From: Verrucomicrobiota bacterium
GTDB taxonomy: Bacteria; Verrucomicrobiota; Verrucomicrobiia; Limisphaerales; UBA9464
Assembly (NCBI GenBank): GCA_046346705.1
Contig: JAXMHR010000001.1
Coordinates: 139,426-203,425, forward strand
Direction of reading: 5' to 3'
DNA length: 64,000 bases
Of the stretch, positions 11,301-20,796 are shown piece by piece. Positions within the stretch are counted from its first letter, which is position 1, and each line of letters opens with the position of its first letter. Below the pieces are notes generated by a model, which ran no database searches, had not been told where the DNA came from, and was given only the letters and a program-made list of their open reading frames with translations. The translations under genes and the position numbers were made by a program.

Positions 11301-11697
11301 TTACTTCAATTCAGCCGGGGTGACCGCCGGGATCATGTATTCCTACAGGATCCGATCCTATAATACCGCGGGAAACTCTGCCTACTCGGGTGTCGCCTCG
11401 GCAACAATCCCCACCTCCCTCCCCGCGGCCCCCATCAATCTCATAGCCTCGTCACCGCGAACTGCGACCGTGAACCTCAACTGGACCGACATGGCGTCCA
11501 ACGAAGACGGCTTCAAGGTGGAGCGATCCTTTAACGGGGTGGACTGGACGCAGATCAACACCACCGGCGTCAACGTCACCTTCTACTCCAACTCGGCCGG
11601 CGTCGTCTCCGGGACACAGATTCGCTACCGGGTTCGAGCCTACAACGCACTCGGGAATTCGCCGTATTCGAACACCGTTAACATCACCCCTCCATGA
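8332..11697 (+). CDS. Secreted purple-acid-phosphatase-like metallophosphoesterase with N-terminal beta-sandwich, Ig-like domain and four C-terminal FN3 repeats
   Basis: Metallophos motifs 'VLGDAGTG', 'LGDNAY', 'VGNHD', 'LFHHPPYSKGSH' and 'GHSHSYER'. 'ITRGPYLQ...MTVRW' is a PAP N-terminal domain. A signal-peptide-like segment follows the internal Met at 8428, which is the more plausible start. Confidence 0.85.
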   Translation: MLTYYHRYNTAPSAKAPALFDEASKLVSTRNPMNFASPSAHHTPIRIPACWILLFSLLQGVPRIAADQTLVPSGAIWKYLDTGASLGTTWRNLTFDDSGWKWGPAQLGYGDGDEATLVSYGPNASAKFITTYFRKTFSVADASLFSNLALRVLRDDGVIIHLNGTEIYRNNMPAGTVTGATLASTGISGLEESTAFLSATLGTGTLVSGNNVLAVEIHQSSGTSSDISFDLELVGITPARPSITRGPYLQKATSDSMTVRWRTSQPTDTRLTYGTNTPPGQVLTVPDSTTEHAVTLTGLIPNALYYYAVGDSAGILASGSDYLFYTAPPTGTIQPMRFWVLGDAGTGSSGQLAVRNAFYQQTGGRYTDLILLLGDNAYNTGTDAEYQSKVFDVYGSIFRSTASFSVVGNHDTAQLANPDLATTPYFQIFNPPMAGEGGGVASGSPKYYSFNYGNVHFVCLDSMTSDRTPSGPMLTWLQQDLEQNSADWLIALFHHPPYSKGSHDSDNPLADGGRMTEMRANALPILEANGVDLVLSGHSHSYERSFLLDQHYGISTTLTSSMILDSGSGRESETGAYSKAGGGPVPNQGAVYVVTGSAGQIAGGTLNHPAMFISLDELGSFIVDVHGPRLDARFLTSAGTTNDSFTLVKDPPANLPPSVLLNSPTEGASVTEGSPLTLSAATLDSDGTVTSVAFQVDGIPLTTDLDVPFSTLWTATGVGQHLLSAVATDNSGGQTVSASVSITVIPRPPPAAPTDLQIAAVLANRVDLGWIDRSSDETQFQVERSLDGADFAEIGTAPQDGTAFADTTVLPANLYFYRVRALGPGGYSTYSPTASTTTPPVPPLAPSNLTALPSGSTAVNLRWMDNATNETGFRVERSPNGVDWTGVASPGTDSTSYTDSAGLKPGSTYWYKVRAFNSAGDSSDATPVSVTLPVTLPAAPSSLTARAYASNSIYLTWIDTANNESGFLVERSTNAVDWVQIRTLSADTTNYFNSAGVTAGIMYSYRIRSYNTAGNSAYSGVASATIPTSLPAAPINLIASSPRTATVNLNWTDMASNEDGFKVERSFNGVDWTQINTTGVNVTFYSNSAGVVSGTQIRYRVRAYNALGNSPYSNTVNITPP
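10570..11694 (+). repeat. Four tandem FN3-type coding repeats (~93 aa each)
   Basis: Each unit reads 'P.AP..L.A......V.L.W.D....E.GF.VERS.[ND]G.DW..I........Y..S.G...G..Y.YRVRA.N..G.S.YS'. Confidence 0.85.
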
Positions 11698-12617
11698 AGC
11701 GGCTATCGGTCCTTCGGGCAGCCCTCCTCGCCACTGCGTATGGCCTGCTGTTCGGAACCGCGCAGGCACATGGACCGTTGCATGGTGAGATCGAGCAGGT
11801 CAGTCAGGAAATCTCGCGGAATCCAAGGGATCCGGAATTCCTCGTCAAGAGGGCGGACTTGTACCGTCTGGATGGAAACCTGCAGGCAGCTCTTTCCGAT
11901 CTTGCCATCGCCGATCAGTCCTCGCCCAAACCGGATGGCCTGGAGTGGATCCGCAGCCGGGTTTTCGTGGACCAGGGCAAGCCTTCAGAGGCGCGGGCCG
12001 ATCTCGACCGATGGCTGGCCCGACATCCCCGGCACGAGCCGGCCCTGACCCTTCGAGCCCAGGTGCACGAACTCACAGGGGATCTGTCCTCCGCTGTCCT
12101 CGATTACAACCGTGCGATTGAAGTCACGGCCCAACCCTCGTCGGATCTCTATCTGGCTCGGGCCCGGGTCCAGCGCCAGCTCGGACCCGGACAAATCCGC
12201 GAGGCCCTCCGGGGTCTGGATGAAGGCATGGCGCGCCTCGGAGTGTTGGTCGCCCTGCAGTTGGAGGCCATCTCCATGGAGGAAGCGAGTGGCCGAGTCG
12301 ACGAGGCGCTGATGCGTCTCGACACGCTGAATCGACAGTCTTCCCGTCACGAACGCTGGCTAGTGCGAAAGGCGGAGCTCCTGACCCGGGCCGGGCGTCC
12401 AGAGGAGGCACGGCGCTTTTGGAAGGAGGCGCTCGAAGCCTGTCGGTTGCTTCCGGATCGCCTCCGAAACCTGCCCTCTACCCAGGACCTGGAACTCCAA
12501 ATCCGGGGAAACCTCCCCGGGGAACCCTTCCCCGCTTCGACTCCGACCGCCATCGTCCGATCCTCTCCGAACCCCGGCCTCCGACTGTTGCCAAACGGGG
12601 TGAAACTCACCCCGTAG
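11694..12617 (+). CDS. Secreted TPR-repeat protein
   Basis: 307 aa with a signal peptide ('LLATAYGLLFGTAQAHG'), then helical A/L/R-rich TPR-like repeats. Its ATG overlaps the TGA of the preceding gene (ATGA). Confidence 0.65.
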   Translation: MKRLSVLRAALLATAYGLLFGTAQAHGPLHGEIEQVSQEISRNPRDPEFLVKRADLYRLDGNLQAALSDLAIADQSSPKPDGLEWIRSRVFVDQGKPSEARADLDRWLARHPRHEPALTLRAQVHELTGDLSSAVLDYNRAIEVTAQPSSDLYLARARVQRQLGPGQIREALRGLDEGMARLGVLVALQLEAISMEEASGRVDEALMRLDTLNRQSSRHERWLVRKAELLTRAGRPEEARRFWKEALEACRLLPDRLRNLPSTQDLELQIRGNLPGEPFPASTPTAIVRSSPNPGLRLLPNGVKLTP

Positions 12618-12635
12618 TCCCGCAACTGAGGCCAG

Positions 12636-12670
12636 AAAGGAAAAAGCGGCACGGGACCACCCCATGCCGC
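12636..12670 (-). terminator. Rho-independent terminator of the peroxiredoxin gene
   Basis: Minus strand reads GCGGCATGGG-GTGGT-CCCGTGCCGC (10-bp stem, one G-U) followed by TTTTTCCTTTCT, 26 nt after the stop at 12696. Confidence 0.75.
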
Positions 12671-12695
12671 TCTCCGCTAAAAGAGTACCGCTGAA

Positions 12696-13175
12696 TCAGG
12701 CAAGGCCGGAAAGGGCCTTCTTCACGGCTTCGAAATTCGGAAGGTCTTTGGGGGTCGGAGTTTGTTCCGCGTAGCGAACCACTCCGGTCTTGTCGATGAC
12801 GAAGGCCGCCCGGGCGGACGTGTCGCCGATGCCGGCCAGGTTAGGGAAAACCACGCCGTAGGCCTGGGTCACCGTCTTGTTCAGATCGCTGGCGATCCGA
12901 ATGGTGATCTTGTTCTGTTTGGCCCACTCCTCCTGGGTGAACGGGCTGTCCACGCTCACGGCGATCACGTCGGCATTCAGTGCGCTATAAGCCCCGAGCC
13001 CGGCGCTGATATCGCAGAGCTCCTGGGTGCAAACACTGGTATAAGCGAGGGGAAAGAAGAGCAGAACGGTGTTCTTCTTACCGAAATTCTCGGAGAGCTT
13101 CACATCTTCGAGCCCAGCGGCGGTTTTGCGCTTGAGGGTGAAGTCCGGGGCTTTGGTTCCAACGGCAATAGGCAT
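12696..13175 (-). CDS. Peroxiredoxin (AhpC/TSA redoxin family)
   Basis: 159 aa. 'GTKAPDFTL' and 'VLLFFPLAYTSVCTQELC' give the peroxidatic Cys context. Confidence 0.8.
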   Translation of the reverse strand: MPIAVGTKAPDFTLKRKTAAGLEDVKLSENFGKKNTVLLFFPLAYTSVCTQELCDISAGLGAYSALNADVIAVSVDSPFTQEEWAKQNKITIRIASDLNKTVTQAYGVVFPNLAGIGDTSARAAFVIDKTGVVRYAEQTPTPKDLPNFEAVKKALSGLA

Positions 13176-13269
13176 GGGAGTTGTTGATGGTGTTGTATTC
13201 GAAACGAACGAAAGGATCAGGATAGGAACGAGGGAGGCTCAGTGTCAAAACACGTTGCCCGGGCTGTTT

Positions 13270-13746
13270 TCATCCGAGGGCCGCCAGGACTTCAGCCGGA
13301 TGCTCCTCGGGCTTCACCTTGGGCCACACTCGGCGAATGCAACCGTCAGGTCCGATGAGGAAGGTGACCCGGTGCACCCCGAGGTACTTCCGCCCCATGA
13401 AGACCTTCTCCCCCCAGACGCCATAGGCCGTCACCAATGCCTTGTCCTCGTCGGCGAGCAGCGGGAAGGGAAGCTGGTACTTGTCGGTAAACTTCTTGTG
13501 GGACTTGACCGGGTCCACGCTCACCCCAAGGACCACCGCCCCCTTGTCCCGGATCTGCTGGTAAACATCCCGGAATCCGCAGGCCTCGCGGGTGCATCCC
13601 GGCGTGTCATCCTTAGGGTAAAAGTACAGGACCACAAACTTCCCTCGAAAATCCTTCAGACGGATGACACTTCCGTCCGTGGCGGGGACGGCAAACTCCG
13701 GGGCCGCATCCCCCGCCTTGAGACTCAATTCCGGTTCCTTCGCCAT
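13270..13746 (-). CDS. bcp: Thioredoxin-dependent peroxiredoxin Bcp (PrxQ)
   Basis: 158 aa from the internal ATG at 13746. 'AGDAAPEF', 'VVLYFYPKDDTPGCTREAC' and 'FPLLAD' are classic Bcp motifs. The ORF-track start at 14256 adds 170 non-homologous residues. Confidence 0.85.
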   Translation of the reverse strand: MAKEPELSLKAGDAAPEFAVPATDGSVIRLKDFRGKFVVLYFYPKDDTPGCTREACGFRDVYQQIRDKGAVVLGVSVDPVKSHKKFTDKYQLPFPLLADEDKALVTAYGVWGEKVFMGRKYLGVHRVTFLIGPDGCIRRVWPKVKPEEHPAEVLAALG

Positions 13747-14245
13747 CGCGGGCGATGCTAGCCCCGGACCAATACTTCGCAACCGACACATTGACGAAAC
13801 CCCTTCCCGCAGGAACGTTTTCCATGCCATGAAAGCGAATCGGTCCTGCCTCCGGCGCGGATTCGCCGGATCCCCCAACCTCAACGAATTCTCCCCGGTT
13901 GGACCGCCCTTGTCCGACCCCATCCCCGAGGATCGTCCCATGAACGACGCTCCTGCCGATGTGACCTCGACGACTCCCTGCCCCCGTCGTCGAGGATCCG
14001 CCCTTCGAAACACCTCCCAATTGGACCTGGGGATTGCGGTGTCTCCAGGGCCGGTCCGGAGAAGGACCGGTCCTCCTCCGGGGAGCCGCGCCCGCGCCCA
14101 ATGGTGGTTCTGCCAAATGCGACAGATCGTGGCCGAGGGGCGCGACTTTGACGCCGCCGGGGTGATTTGATCGAAGCCACTTTCGCGGGAGGGGATCCGG
14201 CATCGATTCTTCCGCCCGAAGCCCTTCGGCACTAGGCTGGCCGCC

Positions 14246-15421
14246 GTGAAACTCACCCACGGGGTCCATCTCGCCTACTGCACCAACGTCCATCGCGGGA
14301 GGGATTGGCCGGAAACCCTGGCCAGTCTGGAACAGCACACGCTGGCGGTCCGGCGTCGGGTTGCCCCCGATCGACCGTACGCGATCGGACTTCGGCTCAG
14401 CGACCAGGCGTCCCGGGAATTGGCGCAACCGGCCACCCTGCGACGCTTCCAGGACTGGCTGCGTCACCACGACTGTTACGTTTTCACGATTAACGGATTC
14501 CCCTTCGGCGCCTTCCACGGCACGCGGGTGAAGGAACAGGTCTCCCAGCCGGATTGGACCTCCCCTGAACGCCTGGCCTACACGAACCGCCTGTTCGACC
14601 TGCTGGCGGAACTCACTCCGGAGGGCGTGGACGGTTCGGTCAGCACCGTGCCGGTCAGCTTCAAGCAATTTAAACTGGGGGACCGGGGGCTGCGCGTCGC
14701 CCGGGAGAACCTGTGGCGCTGTGTGGACCACCAGGAGCAATTGGCACGACGAACGGGAAAACGATTCCACCTGGGTCTCGAACCCGAGCCGTTCGGCACC
14801 GTGGAGAACTCCACCGAATTCCTGACCCTGTTCGAGCAACTGGAAGAGGACCGTCCGGGGGACCTCCGGCTCCGAGAACATCTCGGGATCAATTACGACA
14901 CCTGCCACTTCGCCCTGCAGTACGAGACGCCCGCCGAAGCCATCGGTCGACTGAAACGGCGCGGGGTCAAGGTGAGCAAGCTGCACCTCAGCAATGCGCT
15001 CCGCGTGCATCCCACCTCGGAAGTGCGTGCCGCGCTGCAGTCCTTCGTGGACAACGTGTACTTCCATCAGGTCATTGAACGCCGTGCTGACGGAGAACTC
15101 ATCCGCTATCTGGATCTGGATGAGGCGCTGGCCACTCCTGAATCCGACGGACCGCAGTTTGATCGGGAATGGCGAATCCACTTCCACGTGCCATTGCACG
15201 CCCCGGAAACCCCTCTGTTCGCCACCACGGTGGACCACCTGCGCGGCACGCTGGACGTCCTGCGTCAGCAGCCCGCGCTCTGTCACCATCTCGAAATGGA
15301 GACCTACACCTGGGAGGTGCTTCCCCGCGAATTGAAGCAACCCCGGGTCGAGGACATGCTGGTCAGCGAATACGGATGGGCCCTTGCCGAATTGGGTAGG
15401 CGCGGATTCACCCTCCTTTAA
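14246..15421 (+). CDS. Xylose isomerase-like TIM-barrel protein, possibly EboE-like
   Basis: 391 aa with a GTG start. The N-terminal 'VHLAYCTNVHRGRDWPE' and the overall length recall the EboE family from memory. No other ebo genes are adjacent. Confidence 0.5.
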   Translation: MKLTHGVHLAYCTNVHRGRDWPETLASLEQHTLAVRRRVAPDRPYAIGLRLSDQASRELAQPATLRRFQDWLRHHDCYVFTINGFPFGAFHGTRVKEQVSQPDWTSPERLAYTNRLFDLLAELTPEGVDGSVSTVPVSFKQFKLGDRGLRVARENLWRCVDHQEQLARRTGKRFHLGLEPEPFGTVENSTEFLTLFEQLEEDRPGDLRLREHLGINYDTCHFALQYETPAEAIGRLKRRGVKVSKLHLSNALRVHPTSEVRAALQSFVDNVYFHQVIERRADGELIRYLDLDEALATPESDGPQFDREWRIHFHVPLHAPETPLFATTVDHLRGTLDVLRQQPALCHHLEMETYTWEVLPRELKQPRVEDMLVSEYGWALAELGRRGFTLL

Positions 15422-15497
15422 CGGCGTCGTCATTCCCACCGGATCCAATTCTCATCAGATTCTTTCCCTGGGGGAATCGCGCCGATAGCGTTCTCCC

Positions 15498-18400
15498 GTG
15501 ATCCATCGGTTGCTCATCCCCGGATTTATCCTGGCTGCCTTCGCAGCCCTCGCCCAGACACCGCGGGGTTACTACCGGTTCCCCACCCTGAACCAGGACA
15601 CCATTGTCTTCACCGCCGAGGGAGACCTTTGGAAGGTGGGCACCGGCGGAGGCACGGCCGAGCGCCTGACCTCGCACCCGGGAATGGAGCAGTATCCCGC
15701 CCTGTCGCCGGATGGATCCACCATCGCCTTTGCCGCGGAGTACGAAGGGCCCGTGGAGCTGTACACGATGCCCGTCACGGGCGGGTTGCCCACCCGGCAT
15801 ACGTTTGACGGCACAGAACCCCGCGTGAGCGGATGGACACCCGACGGTCGGATCCTGTACCGGACGACCCGATATTCCACCCTGCCCGCCTCCCAGTTGA
15901 TGCGCCTCGACCCGAAGTCCGGCGTCCGAGAAGCAGTCCCGCTCGCGCAGGGTTCCGAAGGAACCTACGAACCCAAGGGCCAGACTCTTTACTTCACCCG
16001 CTTCCCCCGGCAGGGCAGCAGCACCAAACGATATGAGGGTGGCTGGATCGAAAACCTCTGGCGCTACACCGCCGGCGAGCCGGAAGCCAAACCCCTCAGC
16101 GCGGACTACAAGGGAACGAGCCGCAATCCGATGTGGTGGGAGGGACGCCTCTATTTTCTCAGCGACCGGGACGGGACGATGAATCTGTGGTCGATGGCAC
16201 CGGACGGCACGGATCTGCGCCAGCACTCCCACCACACCGGGTTCGATATCCATACGGCGTCCTTGAATCGGGGCCGCGTGGTTTATTCCCGGGCCGGCGA
16301 CCTGCACCTGCTCGATTTGAGTTCGGGATCGGACACCGTCCTGAATATCACCCTCGCATCGGACCTCGACCAACAGCGGGAGCGATGGATCAAGCGCCCC
16401 CTCGACTATCTGACCTCGGCCCACATTTCCCCCAATGGAGACCGGCTTGCCCTGACAGCCCGCGGCCAGGTGTTCGTCACCACCACGGAGCCTGGCCGGT
16501 TGGTGGAGATCCCGCGCCCGGCTGGGGTTCGCCAGCGGGCGGCCTCCTTTCTCCCCGACGGACGCCAACTCCTCGCGCTATCCGACGCCTCCGGGGAGTT
16601 GGAGTTTTGGAAATTCCCCGCCAACGGCCTGGGCTCCGCCGCCCAAGTCACCACCATCGGCAGCGTCTTCCGCTTCCCCGGGGTGCCCTCTCCGGATGGA
16701 AAACGGCTCGCCTGGGGTGACAAGGACCTCAAGTTGTGGATCACCGAACTCGACGCGACCAATGCGGCTCCGCGGGTGGTCGCGGAATCCATTTCGGATA
16801 CGATTACAGATTTTTCCTGGTCCCCGGACAGCCGATGGCTGGCCTATACGGATTCCGGATCCAATGGATATCCTCGGATTCACCTGTACCAGGTCGCGGA
16901 CCAAACCCAGTCAGTCGTGACGAGCGACCGCGTGGACAGCTACAACCCGGTCTGGTCGCCGGATGGCAACTGGCTCTACTTCCTCAGCGATCGTTCGCTC
17001 CGGTCCCTCGTGGGCAGTCCCTGGGGCCCGCGGCAGCCTGAGCCGTTCTTCACCGAGACCACCCAGATCTTTGCCCTCGCATTGAAGCCCGGTGCCGAAT
17101 GGCCCTTCCAGGAACCCACGGAACTGGCGGCACGAACCGACGGGGACGACAAGGAAAAGGAAAAGGAGAAACCAAAGGACAAGGCGAAGGAGGCACCGCA
17201 AGGCGACGCATCTCCCCCGAAGGATTTGAACGAATCCAAGGCGAAATCGTCCGAACCCACCGTGACCGTGGACCTGAACGGCATCGCCTCGCGCCTATTT
17301 GAAGTGCCCGTTCCGCCGGGCAACTACCAGCAGCTTTCGGTCACAAAAAAGCACCTGTTCTGGTTGTCGCGGGACACGGGATTCGAGTCCAGGTCCCACC
17401 TGCGCCAACTGGAATTGACGCGAAAGGATCCGAAGGCCAAGACGCTGGTCGAGGACGTGGGAGATTACGAGCTCTCCCTGGACCGCAAAAAGCTTCTCGT
17501 CCGCAAAGGCGATGCGTTTTACGCGGTGGCCAGCGACACGTCGGCCCCCGCAAAGCTCGAGGACCGGTTCCACCTCGAGGACTGGACCTTCCCCGTCATC
17601 CCCCGCGAGGAATGGCGGCAGATCTTCAAGGAATCGTGGCGCATGATGCGAGACTACTTCTACGACCGAAATCTGCACCAACTGGACTGGGTCGCCCTAC
17701 GGGATCGCTACCTCCCCCTGGTGGATCGCGTCAGTGACCGCGCAGAGCTCAGCGAGGTCATCGCGGAACTGATGGGCGAGTTGTCGGCATTGCACATCAA
17801 CATCCGCTTCGGCGACCTGCGCGACGGTCCGGACGAAATCAATCCCGCTTCACTGGGAGCCCGACTGGCGCGGGATGAAGGAGCCGGCGGCTGGAGGATT
17901 GATCGGATTTATGAATCCGACCCGGACTACCCCTCCAACGTCTCCCCACTGCGCCGACCGGACGTGAACCTAGCCACCGGCGACATCATCACCTCGGTGA
18001 ATGGACGTGCGTCGTTGTCCGTATCCCAGTTTGAACAATTGCTGCGCAATCAGGCGGGAAAACAAGTCCTGCTCGAAGTGAAACCCGCCGCCACGAATGA
18101 ACTTCGGCGGGTTGTGGTGAAGCCCATTTCCAACTCGCGCGAAGCGGATCTCCGGTACGGGGACTGGGAAGTGACGCGACGGCAGAGGGTCGAGGCTCAG
18201 GGGAAGGGAGCCATTGGATACCTTCATCTCCGCGCCATGGGCTCGGAGAACATCTCGGAATGGGCCCGGGAGTTCTATCCGGTGTTCAACCGCCCCGGCC
18301 TGATCATCGACATGCGCAACAACCGGGGTGGCAACATCGATTCCTGGATCCTCGGGCGTCTCCTGCGCAAGGCGTGGTTCTACTGGCAACCCCGCGCCGG

Positions 18401-18818
18401 GCACTCGACCTGGAACATGCAGTACGCGTTCCGAGGTCACGTGGTGGTGATCTGCAACGAACGCACCGCCAGCGATGGGGAGGCGTTCACCGAGGGGTTC
18501 AAGCGGCTCGGCCTTGGCAAAGTCATTGGCACGCGGACCTGGGGCGGCGAGATCTGGTTGAGCGCACAACGTTGGCTCGTGGACAGCGGCATGGCCTCCG
18601 CGGCCGAAATTGGAGTTTACGGACCGGAGGGCGCCTGGCTCATCGAGGGACACGGCGTGGATCCCGACGTCGTCGTGGACAACCTTCCCCACGAGACATT
18701 CGACGGACGCGACGCCCAGCTCGAAGCCGCCATCATGGAACTCCAAGCCCGCATCGCCGCAGATCCGCGGCCCGTTCCGCCGGCACCCAAATATCCGGAC
18801 AAGCGCTTCCCGAAGTAG
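15498..18818 (+). CDS. Tricorn protease homolog (TolB-like beta-propellers + PDZ + S41 peptidase)
   Basis: 1106 aa with a signal peptide. 'YYRFPTLNQDTIVFTAEGDLWKV', repeated 'SPDG' propeller blades, and a C-terminal S41-like region 'IIDMRNNRGGN...ASDGEAF'. Confidence 0.85.
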   Translation: MIHRLLIPGFILAAFAALAQTPRGYYRFPTLNQDTIVFTAEGDLWKVGTGGGTAERLTSHPGMEQYPALSPDGSTIAFAAEYEGPVELYTMPVTGGLPTRHTFDGTEPRVSGWTPDGRILYRTTRYSTLPASQLMRLDPKSGVREAVPLAQGSEGTYEPKGQTLYFTRFPRQGSSTKRYEGGWIENLWRYTAGEPEAKPLSADYKGTSRNPMWWEGRLYFLSDRDGTMNLWSMAPDGTDLRQHSHHTGFDIHTASLNRGRVVYSRAGDLHLLDLSSGSDTVLNITLASDLDQQRERWIKRPLDYLTSAHISPNGDRLALTARGQVFVTTTEPGRLVEIPRPAGVRQRAASFLPDGRQLLALSDASGELEFWKFPANGLGSAAQVTTIGSVFRFPGVPSPDGKRLAWGDKDLKLWITELDATNAAPRVVAESISDTITDFSWSPDSRWLAYTDSGSNGYPRIHLYQVADQTQSVVTSDRVDSYNPVWSPDGNWLYFLSDRSLRSLVGSPWGPRQPEPFFTETTQIFALALKPGAEWPFQEPTELAARTDGDDKEKEKEKPKDKAKEAPQGDASPPKDLNESKAKSSEPTVTVDLNGIASRLFEVPVPPGNYQQLSVTKKHLFWLSRDTGFESRSHLRQLELTRKDPKAKTLVEDVGDYELSLDRKKLLVRKGDAFYAVASDTSAPAKLEDRFHLEDWTFPVIPREEWRQIFKESWRMMRDYFYDRNLHQLDWVALRDRYLPLVDRVSDRAELSEVIAELMGELSALHINIRFGDLRDGPDEINPASLGARLARDEGAGGWRIDRIYESDPDYPSNVSPLRRPDVNLATGDIITSVNGRASLSVSQFEQLLRNQAGKQVLLEVKPAATNELRRVVVKPISNSREADLRYGDWEVTRRQRVEAQGKGAIGYLHLRAMGSENISEWAREFYPVFNRPGLIIDMRNNRGGNIDSWILGRLLRKAWFYWQPRAGHSTWNMQYAFRGHVVVICNERTASDGEAFTEGFKRLGLGKVIGTRTWGGEIWLSAQRWLVDSGMASAAEIGVYGPEGAWLIEGHGVDPDVVVDNLPHETFDGRDAQLEAAIMELQARIAADPRPVPPAPKYPDKRFPK

Positions 18819-18852
18819 GCGCCATAAGGTCTCTGCGCCTTACCGAACTCCG

Positions 18853-19338
18853 ATGGCTCAAGACTACATCCTCCGACTCATCGAACAGGTCGCCGCCATG
18901 CTGGCGACGGTGTTGGCGCGGAGACGGAGCGGGCAGGTGTCCGAGGCCGGGGACGAGATCCGACGGCTGACCCAGGAGACCGTCGGATTGACCCCGGAAG
19001 CTGTGCGACGGCTGTCTCCCGAAGCTGTCGCGACGTTGTTGGACCGCTCCGGATTCCTGCGACCCCTGAAGTCGCTCGTCCTGGTGGGACTCTTGGAACA
19101 GGAGGACGAATTGGCGGGTCCGGAGTGGCCGGAGGCGGATCGCCTGGCATCCCGAGTTCACCGGTTCTGCCTGCTCGCCGACACCCTCCCCCTGCTCAAC
19201 CGGGAAGATCAGCAGGTTTCCCACCAACAGCTCGAGGTCCTTGCACAAGAACTGGGACCTGCCTGCGAACATCCCGCGCTTCGGGATCGGATCCAAAAAA
19301 TCCGTCGGCAAAACGGCCCGGAGCGGCCCGCCCTGTAG
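18853..19338 (+). CDS. Hypothetical helical protein (161 aa)
   Basis: Internal ATG at 18853, 35 nt after the tricorn stop. The earlier ORF-track start overlaps tricorn. The composition is protein-like and helical, with no recognised motif. Confidence 0.45.
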   Translation: MAQDYILRLIEQVAAMLATVLARRRSGQVSEAGDEIRRLTQETVGLTPEAVRRLSPEAVATLLDRSGFLRPLKSLVLVGLLEQEDELAGPEWPEADRLASRVHRFCLLADTLPLLNREDQQVSHQQLEVLAQELGPACEHPALRDRIQKIRRQNGPERPAL

Positions 19339-19339
19339 A

Positions 19340-20674
19340 TCACCGCGACGCCCGGCGGTCGTCCACGGGACTCGCCGCCTCGATCCGATTCCCCTCGTTC
19401 ACCACCACTCCCACAGTTTCGTCCAACCGTATCCCCACCGTTTGTCGCTGCGCGCCGGCCGGGCGATCATCGCGGATCACGTTGCCGCGAAACACCAGGT
19501 CACCCGTCTCTCCCCGGACCCGGATGCCCGCGGAAGGCACCTTCACCCCGTTGTCGGCAATGAGATTGTCCTCAAGCCGATTTCGGTGCCCGGCCATGCC
19601 CTGGGATTCATTGCGGAAAAAGACACCATCCTCGCCATTCTCCAGGACCTTGTTCCCCCGGAGCAGATTGTCGGTGTCCTTGTGTCCGATGGAGATTCCA
19701 TAGCGCCCATTCCCGGACAGCGTGTTCCCCTCAAACAAACCGTTCTTCACCCGCCAACAGAGGAACAGGCCGTCCTGACCGTTTCCACGAGCGACGCAGT
19801 TCCGAACCACGGGTCGCTGCGATCCGCTGCCCGGGTGAAGTCCGAGGGCGGCGTTCTCCTCACTGAGGCAGGCCACCAGGAGAACGTCGTTGGACTGCTG
19901 AAAGCTGATGCCGTCGCCGTTATAATGCCGCACCACGCAATGATCGAGGACGGCCTCGGGACACCGGTACAGGTAGATGCCGCCGCCTCGGCATCCGTCG
20001 AGGGGGATGTTTTCGTCCCGGTTTCCCTCCACCGTCAGGTTTTCCACCCGCACACCCTCCAAATGGGATCCACTGATGACGGGAAACACCGTCGCGGCGC
20101 GGGCGCCGGAGGACACCATGCAGTCCGAATTGAGCGGCCGATCGATGGAGAAGGTGTTGCCGTTGCGGCCGGTAATTCGGGCCACGGTCGTATGAAATCC
20201 GCTCGCATTCTTGTCCCAAATCGCGACGCCGTCACCCACCTGGAATCCAGCCGGATTCGCCAGCGTGATTTGTTCCTCACCGTAATCCCCGTCCAACGCC
20301 AGGGCCGAATCCGCAGCGCGTTCCTTGCGGAGCACCGTGTTCGTTCCCTGGCCCCTCAACACCACCCGCGAACGCAGATGCAACGAATCGCGCATGCGGA
20401 ATTCACCGGGACCAATCTCCACTGTGCCGCCCCCCAGTGAGGCCATATAGTCCACGGCGGACTGCAGTGCCCGGTTGTCGTTGCCTACTATGTCCGCGTC
20501 CTTGAGGCCTACAGTAATCCGCGGCAGGTCGGCCATGGTCCCGTGCATGGCCCGAGGAAGTTGGCGATGGGGGGAGGGCGGTCCGGCGTTTGCAGGTTCC
20601 TCCGCGTGACCACCAGAAGTTCGGAAGAGGAGGACAAGAAGGATCCACGCGGGTGGAATGAGGCGGTGCTTCAT
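19340..20674 (-). CDS. Secreted right-handed parallel beta-helix repeat protein (pectate-lyase fold / NosD-like)
   Basis: 444 aa with a signal peptide. It has periodic 'N..[VI].[NG]N' turns ('VARGNGQDGLFL', 'LSGNGRYGISIG', 'VLENGEDGVFF', 'IADNGV'). Confidence 0.6.
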   Translation of the reverse strand: MKHRLIPPAWILLVLLFRTSGGHAEEPANAGPPSPHRQLPRAMHGTMADLPRITVGLKDADIVGNDNRALQSAVDYMASLGGGTVEIGPGEFRMRDSLHLRSRVVLRGQGTNTVLRKERAADSALALDGDYGEEQITLANPAGFQVGDGVAIWDKNASGFHTTVARITGRNGNTFSIDRPLNSDCMVSSGARAATVFPVISGSHLEGVRVENLTVEGNRDENIPLDGCRGGGIYLYRCPEAVLDHCVVRHYNGDGISFQQSNDVLLVACLSEENAALGLHPGSGSQRPVVRNCVARGNGQDGLFLCWRVKNGLFEGNTLSGNGRYGISIGHKDTDNLLRGNKVLENGEDGVFFRNESQGMAGHRNRLEDNLIADNGVKVPSAGIRVRGETGDLVFRGNVIRDDRPAGAQRQTVGIRLDETVGVVVNEGNRIEAASPVDDRRASR

Positions 20675-20796
20675 GTAAAAATCGATGGTGGCCCTGCGCC
20701 CAAGCCAGGGTACGGGGGATTGGCTGAAGGCTATCGCCCTCCCGCCTCAGGGCGAGTCGGAAACTTCAGACCTAAGGGCACCACGCTGCAGGCAGT